Shown here: piece after piece, positions 30,056-41,400 of the stretch | Position numbering within the stretch: the first letter of the stretch is position 1 | Layout: every line of letters starts with the position of its first letter | DNA from: a virus | Reading direction: 5' to 3' (one strand) | DNA length: 64,000 nucleotides | IMG/VR virus record: IMGVR_UViG_3300035181_002074 | Span: 32,001-96,000 of that record | Notes under the pieces: model-generated | Told to the model about the DNA's origin: nothing | Seen by the model: the letters and a program-made list of their open reading frames with translations, nothing else | The model's database searches: none | Position numbers and translations under genes: made by a program

Positions 30056-31840
30056 TTAGAACGGACATTCCTCTTCTGGAGGTAATTCGCTAGGGGTTGT
30101 AACTGTTTTAGTTTTTTCGGCTTCAATTTCTGCTAAGTTGGCTTCAAACGTGATAGCAGTCTGTTTATCTCTCAGTTCGATATCCACTTTTTCTCTAAGC
30201 TCACTCAAGGATTGCTCTGAGCGCTTGTCTAAGGCAGTACCCTGCAAGGCAGATTCGCCAATCCATCTTGCTATCGCCTGAGAATCGACTTGGGTGTTAT
30301 AATCAAAAGTTACGGCAGGTAAATATATTCCGAAAGCTTGAGAGTGATCCATGTTGGTCTTGGAAGCGAATACACGGTCGGTTGCCCCAGCACGGTTCTT
30401 TACGATCATATAACGAATCAAGTCAGCTTGACGATCGGTTGGGGTTCTATTAATAGAAATAACTTGATCGGCAGCTTGAATGATACCAAAGGCTCCAGCT
30501 GCATCTCCCATGTCAAGCATTCTGCCTGTGCCGTTGATACCTTGATTGACCTTGTATCCATCACGGTTAGTCTGTACGGGCAATATGGTATGATATTGAT
30601 GCTCTCTAGCGTGATCGATGAAGTTTTGGTAAATCATGGTTAATTCATCATGTCTTTGCCCATTTTTACCAAAAGCAGGTGATCTAAGTCGTGCAGGGTA
30701 ATCGATCATTACTAAGTCAAATCCTTTACCGGTTGCCCGTTTACGCTTGACGATCGCTTGATTCAATAAATAATTCACATGCTCCATAGTCATCTGTGAA
30801 CTTTTATTGTGATGAATATGAGTAATCTGCTTGGATACTGTAGCTTCTACCATTGCCATAGAATAAAGAAAATTCTTTAATTCTGGATTTTCAGCAGCAG
30901 CCTTGTGTGGGCCACCCATGCCTTTTACAGTCTGACATAGTCGGCGCATCTCAAAATTGCTCTTATTTAAAATATTAGAGACAATCTTATCGCGAATTTC
31001 GTCTGCAGCTTGCTCTAGGGTGATTAGCAATACACTTTTGCCCATCATGGCATTAGCAGCTGCAATGGTACACAATGTTGTAGTCTTACCGCTATTAACC
31101 GTTCCTAGCACTACAGTAGAGCCACCAACAATTAATCCACCCATCGTCTGTTCCACTAGTAATTCGCCTGCACCCAAAATAGATTCATTTTTCTTGAAAT
31201 GATCATGAGATTTAAAGGTTTTTGTTGTCGGCAGAAGGCTTCCTTTTACTAGCATTTCATCAAATAGTGGATGACCGGTAGTACAATTATGTTCAGCCTT
31301 ATTATCATCTTGCTTGAGGTAACTTTCGTATAAGCCTTTGAAATTATCACTTGCGTCTGTGACATCACGGAAAACGATATCATTAATAGTATCGCTCATT
31401 TTCTGGACATGAGGCTTGATGGCTTTATAATCAGATTTATTTACATGTTGAGCAAGTTTATTGGCAAAATCTATCGCTGTTATTTTTGATAACCAGCCTT
31501 CTAGGTAGTCGCTCACGATTTCGATGGGATGAACATCTGCTAATCGATCACATTCAGCGAATTCATTTTGATATTTGAACTGGTCTTGTATATTACCTTT
31601 ACGTTCAACTAGGTACTTGAATACCACGGCACTATTAAAGACTAGATGAGTATAGTCAGGATTTTTGCAAAGCTCGTCAATAACGAAAACGATCTCCGAC
31701 AATAAGCCCGGAAACTGATTAAACTTCAGTTGGGTCATTACCTTTTCGGCAAATGAACGATCTTTTAGCATATGACCAACAATTGCTTGTGTGGTCGTTT
31801 TGTCTAATTCGATACCTGTTGATGTTAATAAATCTGCCAC
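30056..31840 (-). CDS. dnaB: replicative SF4 helicase
   Basis: GTVNSGKTT, ITLE, IDY, QTNR, AD, KNR.G. Confidence 0.9.
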   Translation of the reverse strand: MADLLTSTGIELDKTTTQAIVGHMLKDRSFAEKVMTQLKFNQFPGLLSEIVFVIDELCKNPDYTHLVFNSAVVFKYLVERKGNIQDQFKYQNEFAECDRLADVHPIEIVSDYLEGWLSKITAIDFANKLAQHVNKSDYKAIKPHVQKMSDTINDIVFRDVTDASDNFKGLYESYLKQDDNKAEHNCTTGHPLFDEMLVKGSLLPTTKTFKSHDHFKKNESILGAGELLVEQTMGGLIVGGSTVVLGTVNSGKTTTLCTIAAANAMMGKSVLLITLEQAADEIRDKIVSNILNKSNFEMRRLCQTVKGMGGPHKAAAENPELKNFLYSMAMVEATVSKQITHIHHNKSSQMTMEHVNYLLNQAIVKRKRATGKGFDLVMIDYPARLRSPAFGKNGQRHDELTMIYQNFIDHAREHQYHTILPVQTNRDGYKVNQGINGTGRMLDMGDAAGAFGIIQAADQVISINRTPTDRQADLIRYMIVKNRAGATDRVFASKTNMDHSQAFGIYLPAVTFDYNTQVDSQAIARWIGESALQGTALDKRSEQSLSELREKVDIELRDKQTAITFEANLAEIEAEKTKTVTTPSELPPEEECPF

Positions 31841-31843
31841 AGT

Positions 31844-32509
31844 TTAATCCAATACGTAATGTAAATCGAACCCTTTACCAAGATATTTATCTTTTGCTAT
31901 CTCTGTATAATTAATACCATATAATTTGCAATATTTTTTAGCTTTTTTTCGTAAATCGCTGCTAACATGTTTTGTAATCGCATAATAGGCTAATAAATCT
32001 TTGTAATCGTTAATATTTTGTGATAATTTTAACTTAAGGAAATTTAATTCCTCTTTACTTGTTTTAGGGGTTCTTGGTGAAGTTTTATTGTCTGATGTGT
32101 AAGATTCCAATTCAGAAGCAACCTGCATGTAGTCTGTTAACGCGCTAGGCTCGCTTACTGATTCAGATAGACTAAACTTGCGCTCAAAACATTCTCCGTA
32201 ATATTTTAATCGCTGCCCCATAAACCGCATCATATTTTTATAACTGTATTCGTCTGTACCATGATACTTACCAATATAATATAATGCATAAATATACATC
32301 ATTCCAAGGATATCATCATAGCCAATGCCCATGTTAAGCCAATAATTAGCCCCATTATTCCAATGATAACCAGCAGTATATCGAAGCACCTTTTTAGTTT
32401 CGGGACTAGCCAATATTAATTCATGCTCGGTGGTTATTTTAAGCTGTCGAAGCCCAGTTTCACGTAAATAAATGGCTTCAAAGTCATCGGTAAAGTTAAA
32501 TTTTTTCAT
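31844..32509 (-). CDS. hypothetical protein, possibly sigma region-2-like
   Basis: GIGYDDILG...ALYYIGKY; weak resemblance only. Confidence 0.4.
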   Translation of the reverse strand: MKKFNFTDDFEAIYLRETGLRQLKITTEHELILASPETKKVLRYTAGYHWNNGANYWLNMGIGYDDILGMMYIYALYYIGKYHGTDEYSYKNMMRFMGQRLKYYGECFERKFSLSESVSEPSALTDYMQVASELESYTSDNKTSPRTPKTSKEELNFLKLKLSQNINDYKDLLAYYAITKHVSSDLRKKAKKYCKLYGINYTEIAKDKYLGKGFDLHYVLD

Positions 32510-33474
32510 TTTTTCTCCCAGTTTAAAATCAAGTTGTAATATCCAAGCGGTTGTGCTGAGTTCAAGGCTTCAGCTGCCTCTTCAAAAGTACATTCTCCAA
32601 AATCGGCTTTTTTATTGGCTAATAGACATCTCTGTTTGCATGAATCAGGCACCGTCAATAAATATGTTGGCACATCGAATTCTCTTGCGAGATTCGACAT
32701 CTCTAGTGCAGCATCCCCATCCAGAGCGAGGTATACCTTCTGGGGCTTTTTAGTTTTAATTAGATCAATTTGTTTCTTCGATACGACCTTGCCCATGGTT
32801 GCCACAAAATTGCCCACATTATAAAATTTTAATGCATCTACTGGCCCTTCCGCAATAATCACAAATTCATTTTCCTTGACATGGTCTAAAAACATTACTA
32901 ACGAGTCTCTTCGAAATCCTTCATTATTCCTGACCTTATCTTTATCGGACACCTTATCGATTGCACGACCTTGATATCCAACAAGTTTTCCATTCAAAAT
33001 CACCGGAAACATTACTCTACGTAAATCCAAAAGGTACTTAATTCCGAAATAATCGCATATCCTTGGGGAAAGCCCTCGTTTTTCAAGATATACAGTCCCG
33101 TCGTTTTTTTCTCCACCGATACTGTACTGATGATGCGGTAAGGGGATCTCTGGGAACTCTTCTGCAAAAGGGTTCCAAGTCTCTTCATTAGTCTTTTTAT
33201 GAACGTCAAATGTAAACTCCTTAAAATAATCCGTCTGATAAATTCTACCCTTGGCCTCAATTACGCTGATTCCCAATGTTTCAGCTACCCAATTTGCAAA
33301 CGGTTGCACTCCCCAATCACAGGAGCCCCTGTAGCAGACTGTTGACCCATTAGCCTTTAAAATAGAAAACTTATCGTCTTTGTGGCACTTTGGACACTCG
33401 GTATGGATAGTTCTGCCTCGTTCTTTAAAAGAGATTCCGTTCTCCTCTAGAATCTTGATAATCTTATCTTCCAT
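32506..33474 (-). CDS. DNA primase (Zn finger plus TOPRIM)
   Basis: CPKC...C..GSC; YLEKRGL; GYQGR; EGPVD; LDGD. Confidence 0.9.
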   Translation of the reverse strand: MEDKIIKILEENGISFKERGRTIHTECPKCHKDDKFSILKANGSTVCYRGSCDWGVQPFANWVAETLGISVIEAKGRIYQTDYFKEFTFDVHKKTNEETWNPFAEEFPEIPLPHHQYSIGGEKNDGTVYLEKRGLSPRICDYFGIKYLLDLRRVMFPVILNGKLVGYQGRAIDKVSDKDKVRNNEGFRRDSLVMFLDHVKENEFVIIAEGPVDALKFYNVGNFVATMGKVVSKKQIDLIKTKKPQKVYLALDGDAALEMSNLAREFDVPTYLLTVPDSCKQRCLLANKKADFGECTFEEAAEALNSAQPLGYYNLILNWEKK

Positions 33475-34129
33475 TGTTGCTCGATAAAAAAATGCTGGTA
33501 TATCGAGCGGTTGCTTGACTTGTTCCACGCATTACAATATTACCATTGTTTCTAGCAAAAGACTCAATCGCACCTTCTTCCCATTTAGTGACTGTATCGC
33601 CATAATTAGAATAGCTTGCTTTAACCCCATTATGTAACGCACCGACAACAGTAATATTTGGCAACTTATATTGCGCTGGATATATATTAGTAAAAAATCC
33701 AAACTGAGTATGGGTATTACCGGCAGACACAATAAATTGAGTTGTTGAAGCTTGTTTCATAAGGCTGTACTCATCTAGCACGAAATCCTCTCCTACTAGT
33801 GACAAATTAATGACTTTTGGTGATAAACTAGTAGCATAAGTTAATGCAGCGAGGTAAGTTTCTAGTACATGCTTATCGGTCGGCATGTTCCAGTATTTCA
33901 CTATTACGATACAATACTTATCAGAAAGATTTTTATCAATGATTCCAGCTATGTGAGTGCCATGGCCATGGTTATCAGTCATTCCAGTGTGTGTAAAATC
34001 TTTATGCCCTGTAGCACATAAGTGGTGGAATCTATTGTCTTTAATATCAAGTCCAGTATCAATTATCACAACTTTTTCGGTTGCGTAAGAAGAGATCAAT
34101 AACTGAGATATTAAAAGAAGTAGCTGCAT
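33464..34129 (-). CDS. exported subtilisin-like (S8) protease
   Basis: Signal peptide; IDTG, HGTHIAG, SAGN, GTSQAT. Confidence 0.9.
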   Translation of the reverse strand: MQLLLLISQLLISSYATEKVVIIDTGLDIKDNRFHHLCATGHKDFTHTGMTDNHGHGTHIAGIIDKNLSDKYCIVIVKYWNMPTDKHVLETYLAALTYATSLSPKVINLSLVGEDFVLDEYSLMKQASTTQFIVSAGNTHTQFGFFTNIYPAQYKLPNITVVGALHNGVKASYSNYGDTVTKWEEGAIESFARNNGNIVMRGTSQATARYTSIFLSSNNGR

Positions 34130-34135
34130 TACACA

Positions 34136-34164
34136 ACTATACCACTTTATTTAGATTGCGTCAA
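34136..34164 (-). promoter_or_regulatory. sigma70-type promoter TTGACG-N17-TATAGT (leaderless S8 gene)
   Basis: Consensus match; ATG 6 nt downstream. Confidence 0.75.
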
Positions 34165-35269
34165 CCATTTTTTCTGGAGAAATTACGGCGTCAGTGCGAG
34201 ATTGTTTATCTTTATCAAAGATAGCTTTAAGCAGCTGATCTTGAAGAATTTGCTCATCACGAATAGCAGTCAGGCATGCCATTAATCCGCGCCATTGACG
34301 TCCGTTAAATTCATACATAACATTATTCGGTTTAGTAATAATTCCAAGGTTTTTAGCAAGTGTGAATACTTCTTCATATTTGTTAATAATTCCTTTATTA
34401 TAATCGAAAGTGATTTCAGCAGTGCGACCTGCCATACCAAAAGATGTTTCATCAATTCTAAAGCGAATCTTGTGAGCTGTACCAGCCGCCTTGTCCATGA
34501 AATCTTTTGTTCCTGCGTCATCCGCAAATGATTCTCCGCCAAGAGATTCCTTACCGGCTTTACTTTGATTACGTTCAACGTAGGCAAAAATTTCCACCTT
34601 ATGTTTAGTGCTTAACGCACCATTCATTTTGATAGTCTTACCACGCATCTGCTCTTTCATGTCCATCTCTGCACGAGCTTGGGCAACTAAAATTAAAGCA
34701 ATCTTGTGTTTACGGATAATTGGCTTAATACGATCAATACCGTCACTGAGTGTAGCTGCACGGTCACCAATTTGCTGAGTCAGGATTGATGTAGCATTCT
34801 GTGTACGGCGACCAACGATCTCGCTGAGTGAATCAATAACGATCGCTTTAATCTTTGCACCTTCTTGACACATAGCGTCAATATCTTGCTCGATACGGTC
34901 GAATACTAGCTCTGGAGAGTTGACATCAAAGGTAATGTGACGGTCTTGGTCAATACCAAACTTCTTGGTCATATCTTCTGAACCTTGGAACTCACCGCGT
35001 AACTCTGTATTAAAAGTTACGGTAATAGCTTCTGGATCGTCCTTATGGCATTGCCCTAAAAAAGCATTAGCCAGTAATGACTTACCGCATTTCTGTGGGC
35101 CCCATAGAATAATCGATGTTCCGTAAGGAATCCCGTATCCATCAATAGCAAAAGCCCAGTTAATACTTGGACTTGGTGATTGTAGACAATTTTCTAGCGC
35201 CTTAGAGTTTGGATTAACCGCACCGTCTAATTTACGCAACTTATTCATATACTTTTTAACATCTGACAT
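34151..35269 (-). CDS. recA: RecA/UvsX recombinase
   Basis: GPQKCGKS, IVIDS, Q.R motifs. Confidence 0.9.
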   Translation of the reverse strand: MSDVKKYMNKLRKLDGAVNPNSKALENCLQSPSPSINWAFAIDGYGIPYGTSIILWGPQKCGKSLLANAFLGQCHKDDPEAITVTFNTELRGEFQGSEDMTKKFGIDQDRHITFDVNSPELVFDRIEQDIDAMCQEGAKIKAIVIDSLSEIVGRRTQNATSILTQQIGDRAATLSDGIDRIKPIIRKHKIALILVAQARAEMDMKEQMRGKTIKMNGALSTKHKVEIFAYVERNQSKAGKESLGGESFADDAGTKDFMDKAAGTAHKIRFRIDETSFGMAGRTAEITFDYNKGIINKYEEVFTLAKNLGIITKPNNVMYEFNGRQWRGLMACLTAIRDEQILQDQLLKAIFDKDKQSRTDAVISPEKMVDAI

Positions 35270-35687
35270 CTGATTCTCCTTTTAATAAAATTAAACCTAA
35301 TAGTGAATAGCAACAAATAGTGGAACCCACTGAATTACTTGCTTTATTAAATACTGATAAATCGTCGCAAACCATGACGAGATTATTCCCGATATCTACC
35401 TGATAGATTTTTTTGGCCGTCTTAAGTTGTTGACAAGAAAACTCAAGTAACTGGTTATTAGGAACCCTTGCTGATTGCTCCCATCTTTTTACTATCTGAA
35501 CGTAAAAATTATAGCGCAATAAACTTTCGGACTCGTACTGTTCAGCACATATTAGATATGCAGTCTCATTTTCGCTAGTCATCTCATAAGCGCAATTGAA
35601 CTGTCTTGTCTTGTCTACTGATGAATCCTTGGATGTGGGAATCCTGTCCAAAAAATCGTCAAACGATAATTTTACCAACTTTTTCAT
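35256..35687 (-). CDS. hypothetical protein
   Basis: Coupled ORF. Confidence 0.55.
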   Translation of the reverse strand: MKKLVKLSFDDFLDRIPTSKDSSVDKTRQFNCAYEMTSENETAYLICAEQYESESLLRYNFYVQIVKRWEQSARVPNNQLLEFSCQQLKTAKKIYQVDIGNNLVMVCDDLSVFNKASNSVGSTICCYSLLGLILLKGESDVRC

Positions 35688-36286
35688 TTCGACTCTCTGT
35701 AATATCTTACCACATCTTCGTCTACTTTGGGCAAAGTTTCATTTTCACCCATGAAATTATGTTGTGGGTCAGTAGTCGAACCAGCATAAGTATTAATCGG
35801 TGTATATTTAGTTGGCTGGTTGATTAAATTTCTACAACTATAATACGAACGATCAAACAGCTTATGCTTAGCTTCAAGGAATTCCTTGGAGGCTTTCAGC
35901 TTATTTAAAGTATCTAAAGCGGCCTGACAATCTGGATCTCGTGTGATTAAAGCATTACGGTAGTCCTCATTAGGCTTTATACCTAATTCTTTAAGCTTAC
36001 CTGCCTGCTCTGGCACCTTATCCAAAATAACAACAGCTTTGCATAAATCAAATTCTTGCTCAGCCTGTAAGATTTCGTAATTAATCCAGCCTATATATTT
36101 CGCGACAAGGCCAGATGCTTGGTTAAATGCAGAAGTTAATTCCACAGCACTAGTAGGATTCACATAGCTAGTCTCAGGAAGTCTCGATTCAGCCTCGTAG
36201 ACTTTAGACATATCTATTTTAATTGAAGAAAGACCTTTTGTGCCTCGTGGAATCACTAGTACATTACTGTCTAGTGTAAAATCCAT
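35684..36286 (-). CDS. helical protein, possible UvsY-like recombination mediator
   Basis: Helical pattern; lies between SSB and RecA. Confidence 0.45.
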   Translation of the reverse strand: MDFTLDSNVLVIPRGTKGLSSIKIDMSKVYEAESRLPETSYVNPTSAVELTSAFNQASGLVAKYIGWINYEILQAEQEFDLCKAVVILDKVPEQAGKLKELGIKPNEDYRNALITRDPDCQAALDTLNKLKASKEFLEAKHKLFDRSYYSCRNLINQPTKYTPINTYAGSTTDPQHNFMGENETLPKVDEDVVRYYRESK

Positions 36287-36549
36287 TACGATTGATCTTT
36301 CTTGTTCCGCTTCTGTTTAAATCCAAAGATACTCTTAGCCTCAGTCTCTGCAGCTGGACTTGCTTCTGCAGCTGGACTTGCTTGTGGAGCAGTAGCTTGT
36401 GACTCAATATATGCTTCGCATTCTTCGCGTGTACCGCAATAGTAAGCATACGGAGATGCCTCGCTAATTACCCAGAATTCTCCGTTACGATCACCTAATG
36501 AATAAGTATTGCTTTTATCTGTAATATGGTTTTTATTTTCAATTTTCAT
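36286..36549 (-). CDS. hypothetical protein containing an in-frame 18-bp tandem duplication (36348-36383)
   Basis: CTGCAGCTGGACTTGCTT x2; AAGGAG RBS. Confidence 0.65.
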   Translation of the reverse strand: MKIENKNHITDKSNTYSLGDRNGEFWVISEASPYAYYCGTREECEAYIESQATAPQASPAAEASPAAETEAKSIFGFKQKRNKKDQS

Positions 36550-36558
36550 ATATACTCC

Positions 36559-37614
36559 TTATTTCGCAGCTTTTCCAAAGATTTTCTGAAATTCTTCTTC
36601 GGATAATGTACCGCTAGCCGGTTTGGTAGATAGTCCAATAGATGGTGCTTGAGTAGACTGGGCAGCAGTCACATTAACTCCTAATGATTGAGGTGCTGTC
36701 ATGGTTGGAATCACAACATTCATATTTCCGTTACCTGTAGACTCAACTCGTGGTACTGCTACCGCATTAGTGCCCGGTATGGACACATTTAATGTAGGTT
36801 TTGGAGCTTCTACTTGTGTAGATTTACCAACAATACGATCTACAACCAAAGATCTTGATTCCAATGGAGCATTTGCTAGCATTTCCAAGTCCGATGCGCT
36901 TGGAATGGTAAATTTAGTAGCGAGATCTTCAATTTCAGTCGCAAAACGATTGATAATTTCACTGGTTAGTTCATGAATTTTTGGTTTTTCAACTAATTCT
37001 CCACCAATATTAACCGACTCACGGAAAACATCAACAGAATCACTCACGTCTGCTAGGCGAGCACCAGTTTTTACTCTTTTGAAGTTAAGAAAAATGCCGC
37101 GCATACCAGTAATATCGATACCTTTATTATTATACTCGGACGCTAGCTGTTTAAGCTGCTGAAACGCTTTGGAAGGTAGCGCTAAAGTGCCAAGTTCGTT
37201 ATTTTGGGTGATTACATTCACATAATAGCTCTTACGTGGAGTAAAAGGTTTGATATATGTATTGTAAAACATCGCAAGTTGATCTTCAGTTGCACCGGAT
37301 TGCTTAAGCATGTCTTCTTTTGCTTTATATTCTTTTAATTTTTCAAGTACTGGATCGGCAACACGCAATGTTTTGCTACGCACATCAAATTCTTCGATAC
37401 TAGAGAACCAGCGAGTTTTGCCATTTGAATCAAGCATATTTTGGTACAAAGACCAGTATTTGTAATACTGTCCACGTTCAGCAAGAGAGAACATTGGTGG
37501 CAAGATGCGGAAAATATTGTTGCCTCCGTTATCCAAGTTCAAATAAAAAGTTTTTTGTTTTTTAAATCCGCCGTCATTATTTCCAAATTTAGCGCTTCCG
37601 ATAGCAATAGTCAT
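36559..37614 (-). CDS. gp32-like single-stranded DNA-binding protein
   Basis: N.FRILPP, YYVNV, DIT...G..LNF; low-complexity tail. Confidence 0.65.
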   Translation of the reverse strand: MTIAIGSAKFGNNDGGFKKQKTFYLNLDNGGNNIFRILPPMFSLAERGQYYKYWSLYQNMLDSNGKTRWFSSIEEFDVRSKTLRVADPVLEKLKEYKAKEDMLKQSGATEDQLAMFYNTYIKPFTPRKSYYVNVITQNNELGTLALPSKAFQQLKQLASEYNNKGIDITGMRGIFLNFKRVKTGARLADVSDSVDVFRESVNIGGELVEKPKIHELTSEIINRFATEIEDLATKFTIPSASDLEMLANAPLESRSLVVDRIVGKSTQVEAPKPTLNVSIPGTNAVAVPRVESTGNGNMNVVIPTMTAPQSLGVNVTAAQSTQAPSIGLSTKPASGTLSEEEFQKIFGKAAK

Positions 37615-37628
37615 ATTATGATTCCTTA

Positions 37629-38390
37629 TTAGTTAGTTATATCTGTTTTTTGTTGTGCAGTTTTTGCTGCACGTTTTGTTGGTTGTTTGTTGGTTGTTTC
37701 ACCAGTTAATTTCTCTCTGATTTGTATCAAAGCATCCTTAACTGATTCATCAGTTACTGGTTCATTAATTTCAATCGAGCCTACTGGCTGCGGTAAAAAC
37801 GATGAATTCGTATCTTGATAATTATATATAATGACGGGCAGAATTGTTGCTGCAGACCGTGCATTAAAAGCTTTTGTTGATAATTCCTTTTGGGCAACTA
37901 CGGCATAAAGATCACTACCCATTGTACGTTCAATGAGATCTTTAACCGCGCCAGAAATATCTTGTTGACGATTATGATCGTCAGTACTCAATTGTGGAGC
38001 CGGTAGAACTTCAATACCATAATGGTATTTAATTTTATTTAACTCATCCAATAGCATCCAGTATTCTTGAGCTGCAAAAGTATCTCGTGGAGTTCTATCT
38101 TTAATGGCATCTGAAATACGATTTAACACACCGAGATAATTATGAGTAATTGTTTGATATTTACTTTCTGCGATATCAGCAAATGACTTGGAATATTCAC
38201 CAGTAAGAGCAATAACTTTAATGGATGATTGAACCGCAGATTTATATTGCTCAGTTAATTCAGCAATACGACGCTCGGCATTACGTTTAATAGCAAATGC
38301 TCCTGCTTGTACATTCGGATTCGTTAATTCCGGTTCAATTGCAGCTTCGCTTTCAGCATCCCTAAGTTCTTTTAAAATTTCTTTTAACAT
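37629..38390 (-). CDS. hypothetical protein
   Basis: GAGG RBS and TGG-TATAAT promoter upstream. Confidence 0.65.
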   Translation of the reverse strand: MLKEILKELRDAESEAAIEPELTNPNVQAGAFAIKRNAERRIAELTEQYKSAVQSSIKVIALTGEYSKSFADIAESKYQTITHNYLGVLNRISDAIKDRTPRDTFAAQEYWMLLDELNKIKYHYGIEVLPAPQLSTDDHNRQQDISGAVKDLIERTMGSDLYAVVAQKELSTKAFNARSAATILPVIIYNYQDTNSSFLPQPVGSIEINEPVTDESVKDALIQIREKLTGETTNKQPTKRAAKTAQQKTDITN

Positions 38391-38409
38391 TTTGTACCTC
38401 TCATAGATA

Positions 38410-41400
38410 TTATACCATATCTAACGTTTTTAATTGTGCCTTCGTTATTAAAGGTACGATTTTTCTAAATCTTAGTCCATATCCATTAAACTGACCAGTT
38501 TTATCTTTTTTCTCGACTGCAGTATATAATACCACACAAATCAATCCTTTGTATCCACTGTCTGCTTTAAATTCACCGTAATTAGGCCAAAGTGTTTCTT
38601 GATAGAATAACCCACCGGCATCCAACGATAGCTCATTACGAGTTTTAGATTTATTTGCATAATCCTTAACCTTCTCGTCGATCACGTATGCCACCATGCC
38701 GATGGTTCTAGGCTTAGTAAATGCACCAGCTTCGGCTTGTGACTTAAAAATCTCAAATTTAGAGCCATCTATAATATCTACCATTTGTTCAGAATGGCCA
38801 TGATAGTAGGTATTAGACTCGTCAGCCCATTTCCATTGCCACCATGAATACCCGTTCTTATTATAATGTTTCCCACCGCGATTAGGTAAAACCGTTGGCC
38901 TTAAATCTTGTGAATAGATTTGGATTAGCTGTTTCTTGATCATATAGCGACCAAGATCACCCAGTCCGATATATTTTTCTGGCACAGACTCTTTCTTGCG
39001 TACCTTGATCTTGGATAAGAGATCCTCGAATAAATCCAGCTTTTCGACTAATGTCATCTCAGCAGGCAGCAGAGAATCAAGTAATCCAGATACTATCATT
39101 TTACGCACAATCTCTTCGGTTACTGGGGATCTACCGTTCGCTCCCTTGGACTGGGTTGATTGCACAAAATGCTCGAAATCTTTATATGGGGCATTACTAA
39201 TAATATGATCGTAAGTTTTTTCGCCTAACCCTTTAATAATGGAAAATGGCGCAACTAACCGGTCACCGATAATTTGGAACTCATCAGATGAATTATTTAC
39301 TGATGGTAAATCAGTGAAATCACAAACATATCTCCAAAATTTTGAAGCTAATTCATCTTTACTGGCATTCGATAAGATAGCTTTCCACCAATGTAGCGGA
39401 TATCGAGTTTTCAAATACATACAGGCATAAGCAGTATAGCTATACGAAATAGCATGACTCTTATTAAAGGAATACTTTGATGAGGCCATGATTTGCTGCA
39501 TTAGTAAGTCTGATTGAGCCGTCGTCCATCCACGTTTAAGGCATTGTTGTTTTAAGCGAAGAGAACAATCTAATAATACTTTTTCATCTTTTTTACTGAT
39601 AGCTCTTCGCACTTCTTCAGCTTCTTCGTAAGATAAGCCACCGATATCACGGAAAATCTGTAAAGTTTGTTCTTGATACAATTGAATCCCAAAAGTTTCT
39701 TTTAAGATATGCTCTAAGTCACCGTGAATATAAGACATTGGCTCACCTTTGGCTCTAGCCACGAAGATTTCAGCCAAAGTACGACCATCTTCGCCTTTAC
39801 TGTCCAGTGTGCCCGGTCTACCCAGAGCAGTAACACCAGCAGTGCCGTCAAGATCCGTTGGTTTAATGTCAATCAATAGTGGACGAACTGTCGGGGTATC
39901 AAACTGAAATACAGTTTCTGTTTTCCCGATCGAGAACATATTCCAACATTCTTTATCATCTGGTAAATTAAATGGGTCTAGGGTGATACCTAATTCAGAT
40001 TTAATAGATTTCAAGCATGACTGAATATCTTTAAGCGTGTTCAATCCAAGGAAGTCAAATTTAATTCCACCAGCTAATTCTACAGATTTTGGACTAAATC
40101 CAGTTACACGGGTACCATTCGTGACGGAAATTGGCATAACATCCTGAATCGGCACTGGAGCTATGATAGTCCCACATGCATGAACACCGCGATTACGTTG
40201 GATTCCTAACGCCTCTTTAACGATTGCCCAAACATCTGGGTTCCGCTTTGCGTATTCTCTTAATTGCTCATTTTGCTCAAAAATACCCCTATGAGATATT
40301 CCTGCCTCATCTTCATATCCAAACACGTATTCGTAATCATTAACCCCTTGCGGCGTCATTGGGAGTGATTTTGTAAGTATTTCTGTCGGTTTACGCACTT
40401 CCCCATGAATGTAACGCTCGGCATCTTTGATAGCAGATTTAAGTCGCAATAATTGATCGGTCGAAATCCTAGCAAACTTGTCCCCATATTTTTGTTCTAA
40501 ATATTTAAACACCGCATCTTGATCAGAAATATCAATATCCAAGTCGGGCATGGATTTACTGATAATACGACCGGGAGTCATGAATCGTTCAAAACTAAGA
40601 TTATGTTTTAATGGATTAATAGCCGAAACTCCTAGTAGATACACTAGTAAGCTACCGCCACCAGAACCACGAAGATTAATTAATATATCATTATTTCTGC
40701 AAAAATTTGCAACATCTTCTACGACGAAAAAATAAGGCATAAGATTAATGCCGTTATTAGTTAATACATCAATCTCTTTTTTTAATCGCTCTACCATTGC
40801 GGGGTTATCCCACTGCATGCGACCATATACATCAATTTTCGCTTTCAGATCTTGCATCCATGTTGGATCTGCAATCTCTAATAACCAGCGATCTTTATTA
40901 GTCGGCATTTTAAAGTCATTAAATTTGCTTCCCCATTCGTATGAATTTTCCACCCATTGCGTGAATGTTTTCTCATCTACTCCAATTTGCTTGTTTAATG
41001 TCTCAAAAGCCTCTTGGCTAGTCACGATACTGTAATCATTGTAAAACTTCCAAGCTTCATCACCATTACTTAAACGAAGATCTTGAATTACTTTTTGCGA
41101 TTTAGTTGCATAATGAGAATCAAGCGACACAAGAATCTTATCGCCATATTTATTGCCCATTGATACCATGAAATTATTGATATACTTTTGCATGTCACCG
41201 TCAGGATACATTCCTGAGCATTCATTTGGCTTGAAAATACCTGTACCAGCTTTACGGGTTACTCCATCTGGTTCATAAACTGGACGAACCCAGTCATGGG
41301 TAATAGTATGGGGAAAAATCTCAATAAAAAAATCATCCTTACCTGATAGCTCGCGTAGCATTAAATAATATTCTTCTGCGAGAGCTGGATTAGGGGCTAG

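Noticed and set aside
36348-36383. 18-bp tandem repeat as a regulatory element
   Set aside because: In-frame duplication in a low-complexity linker.
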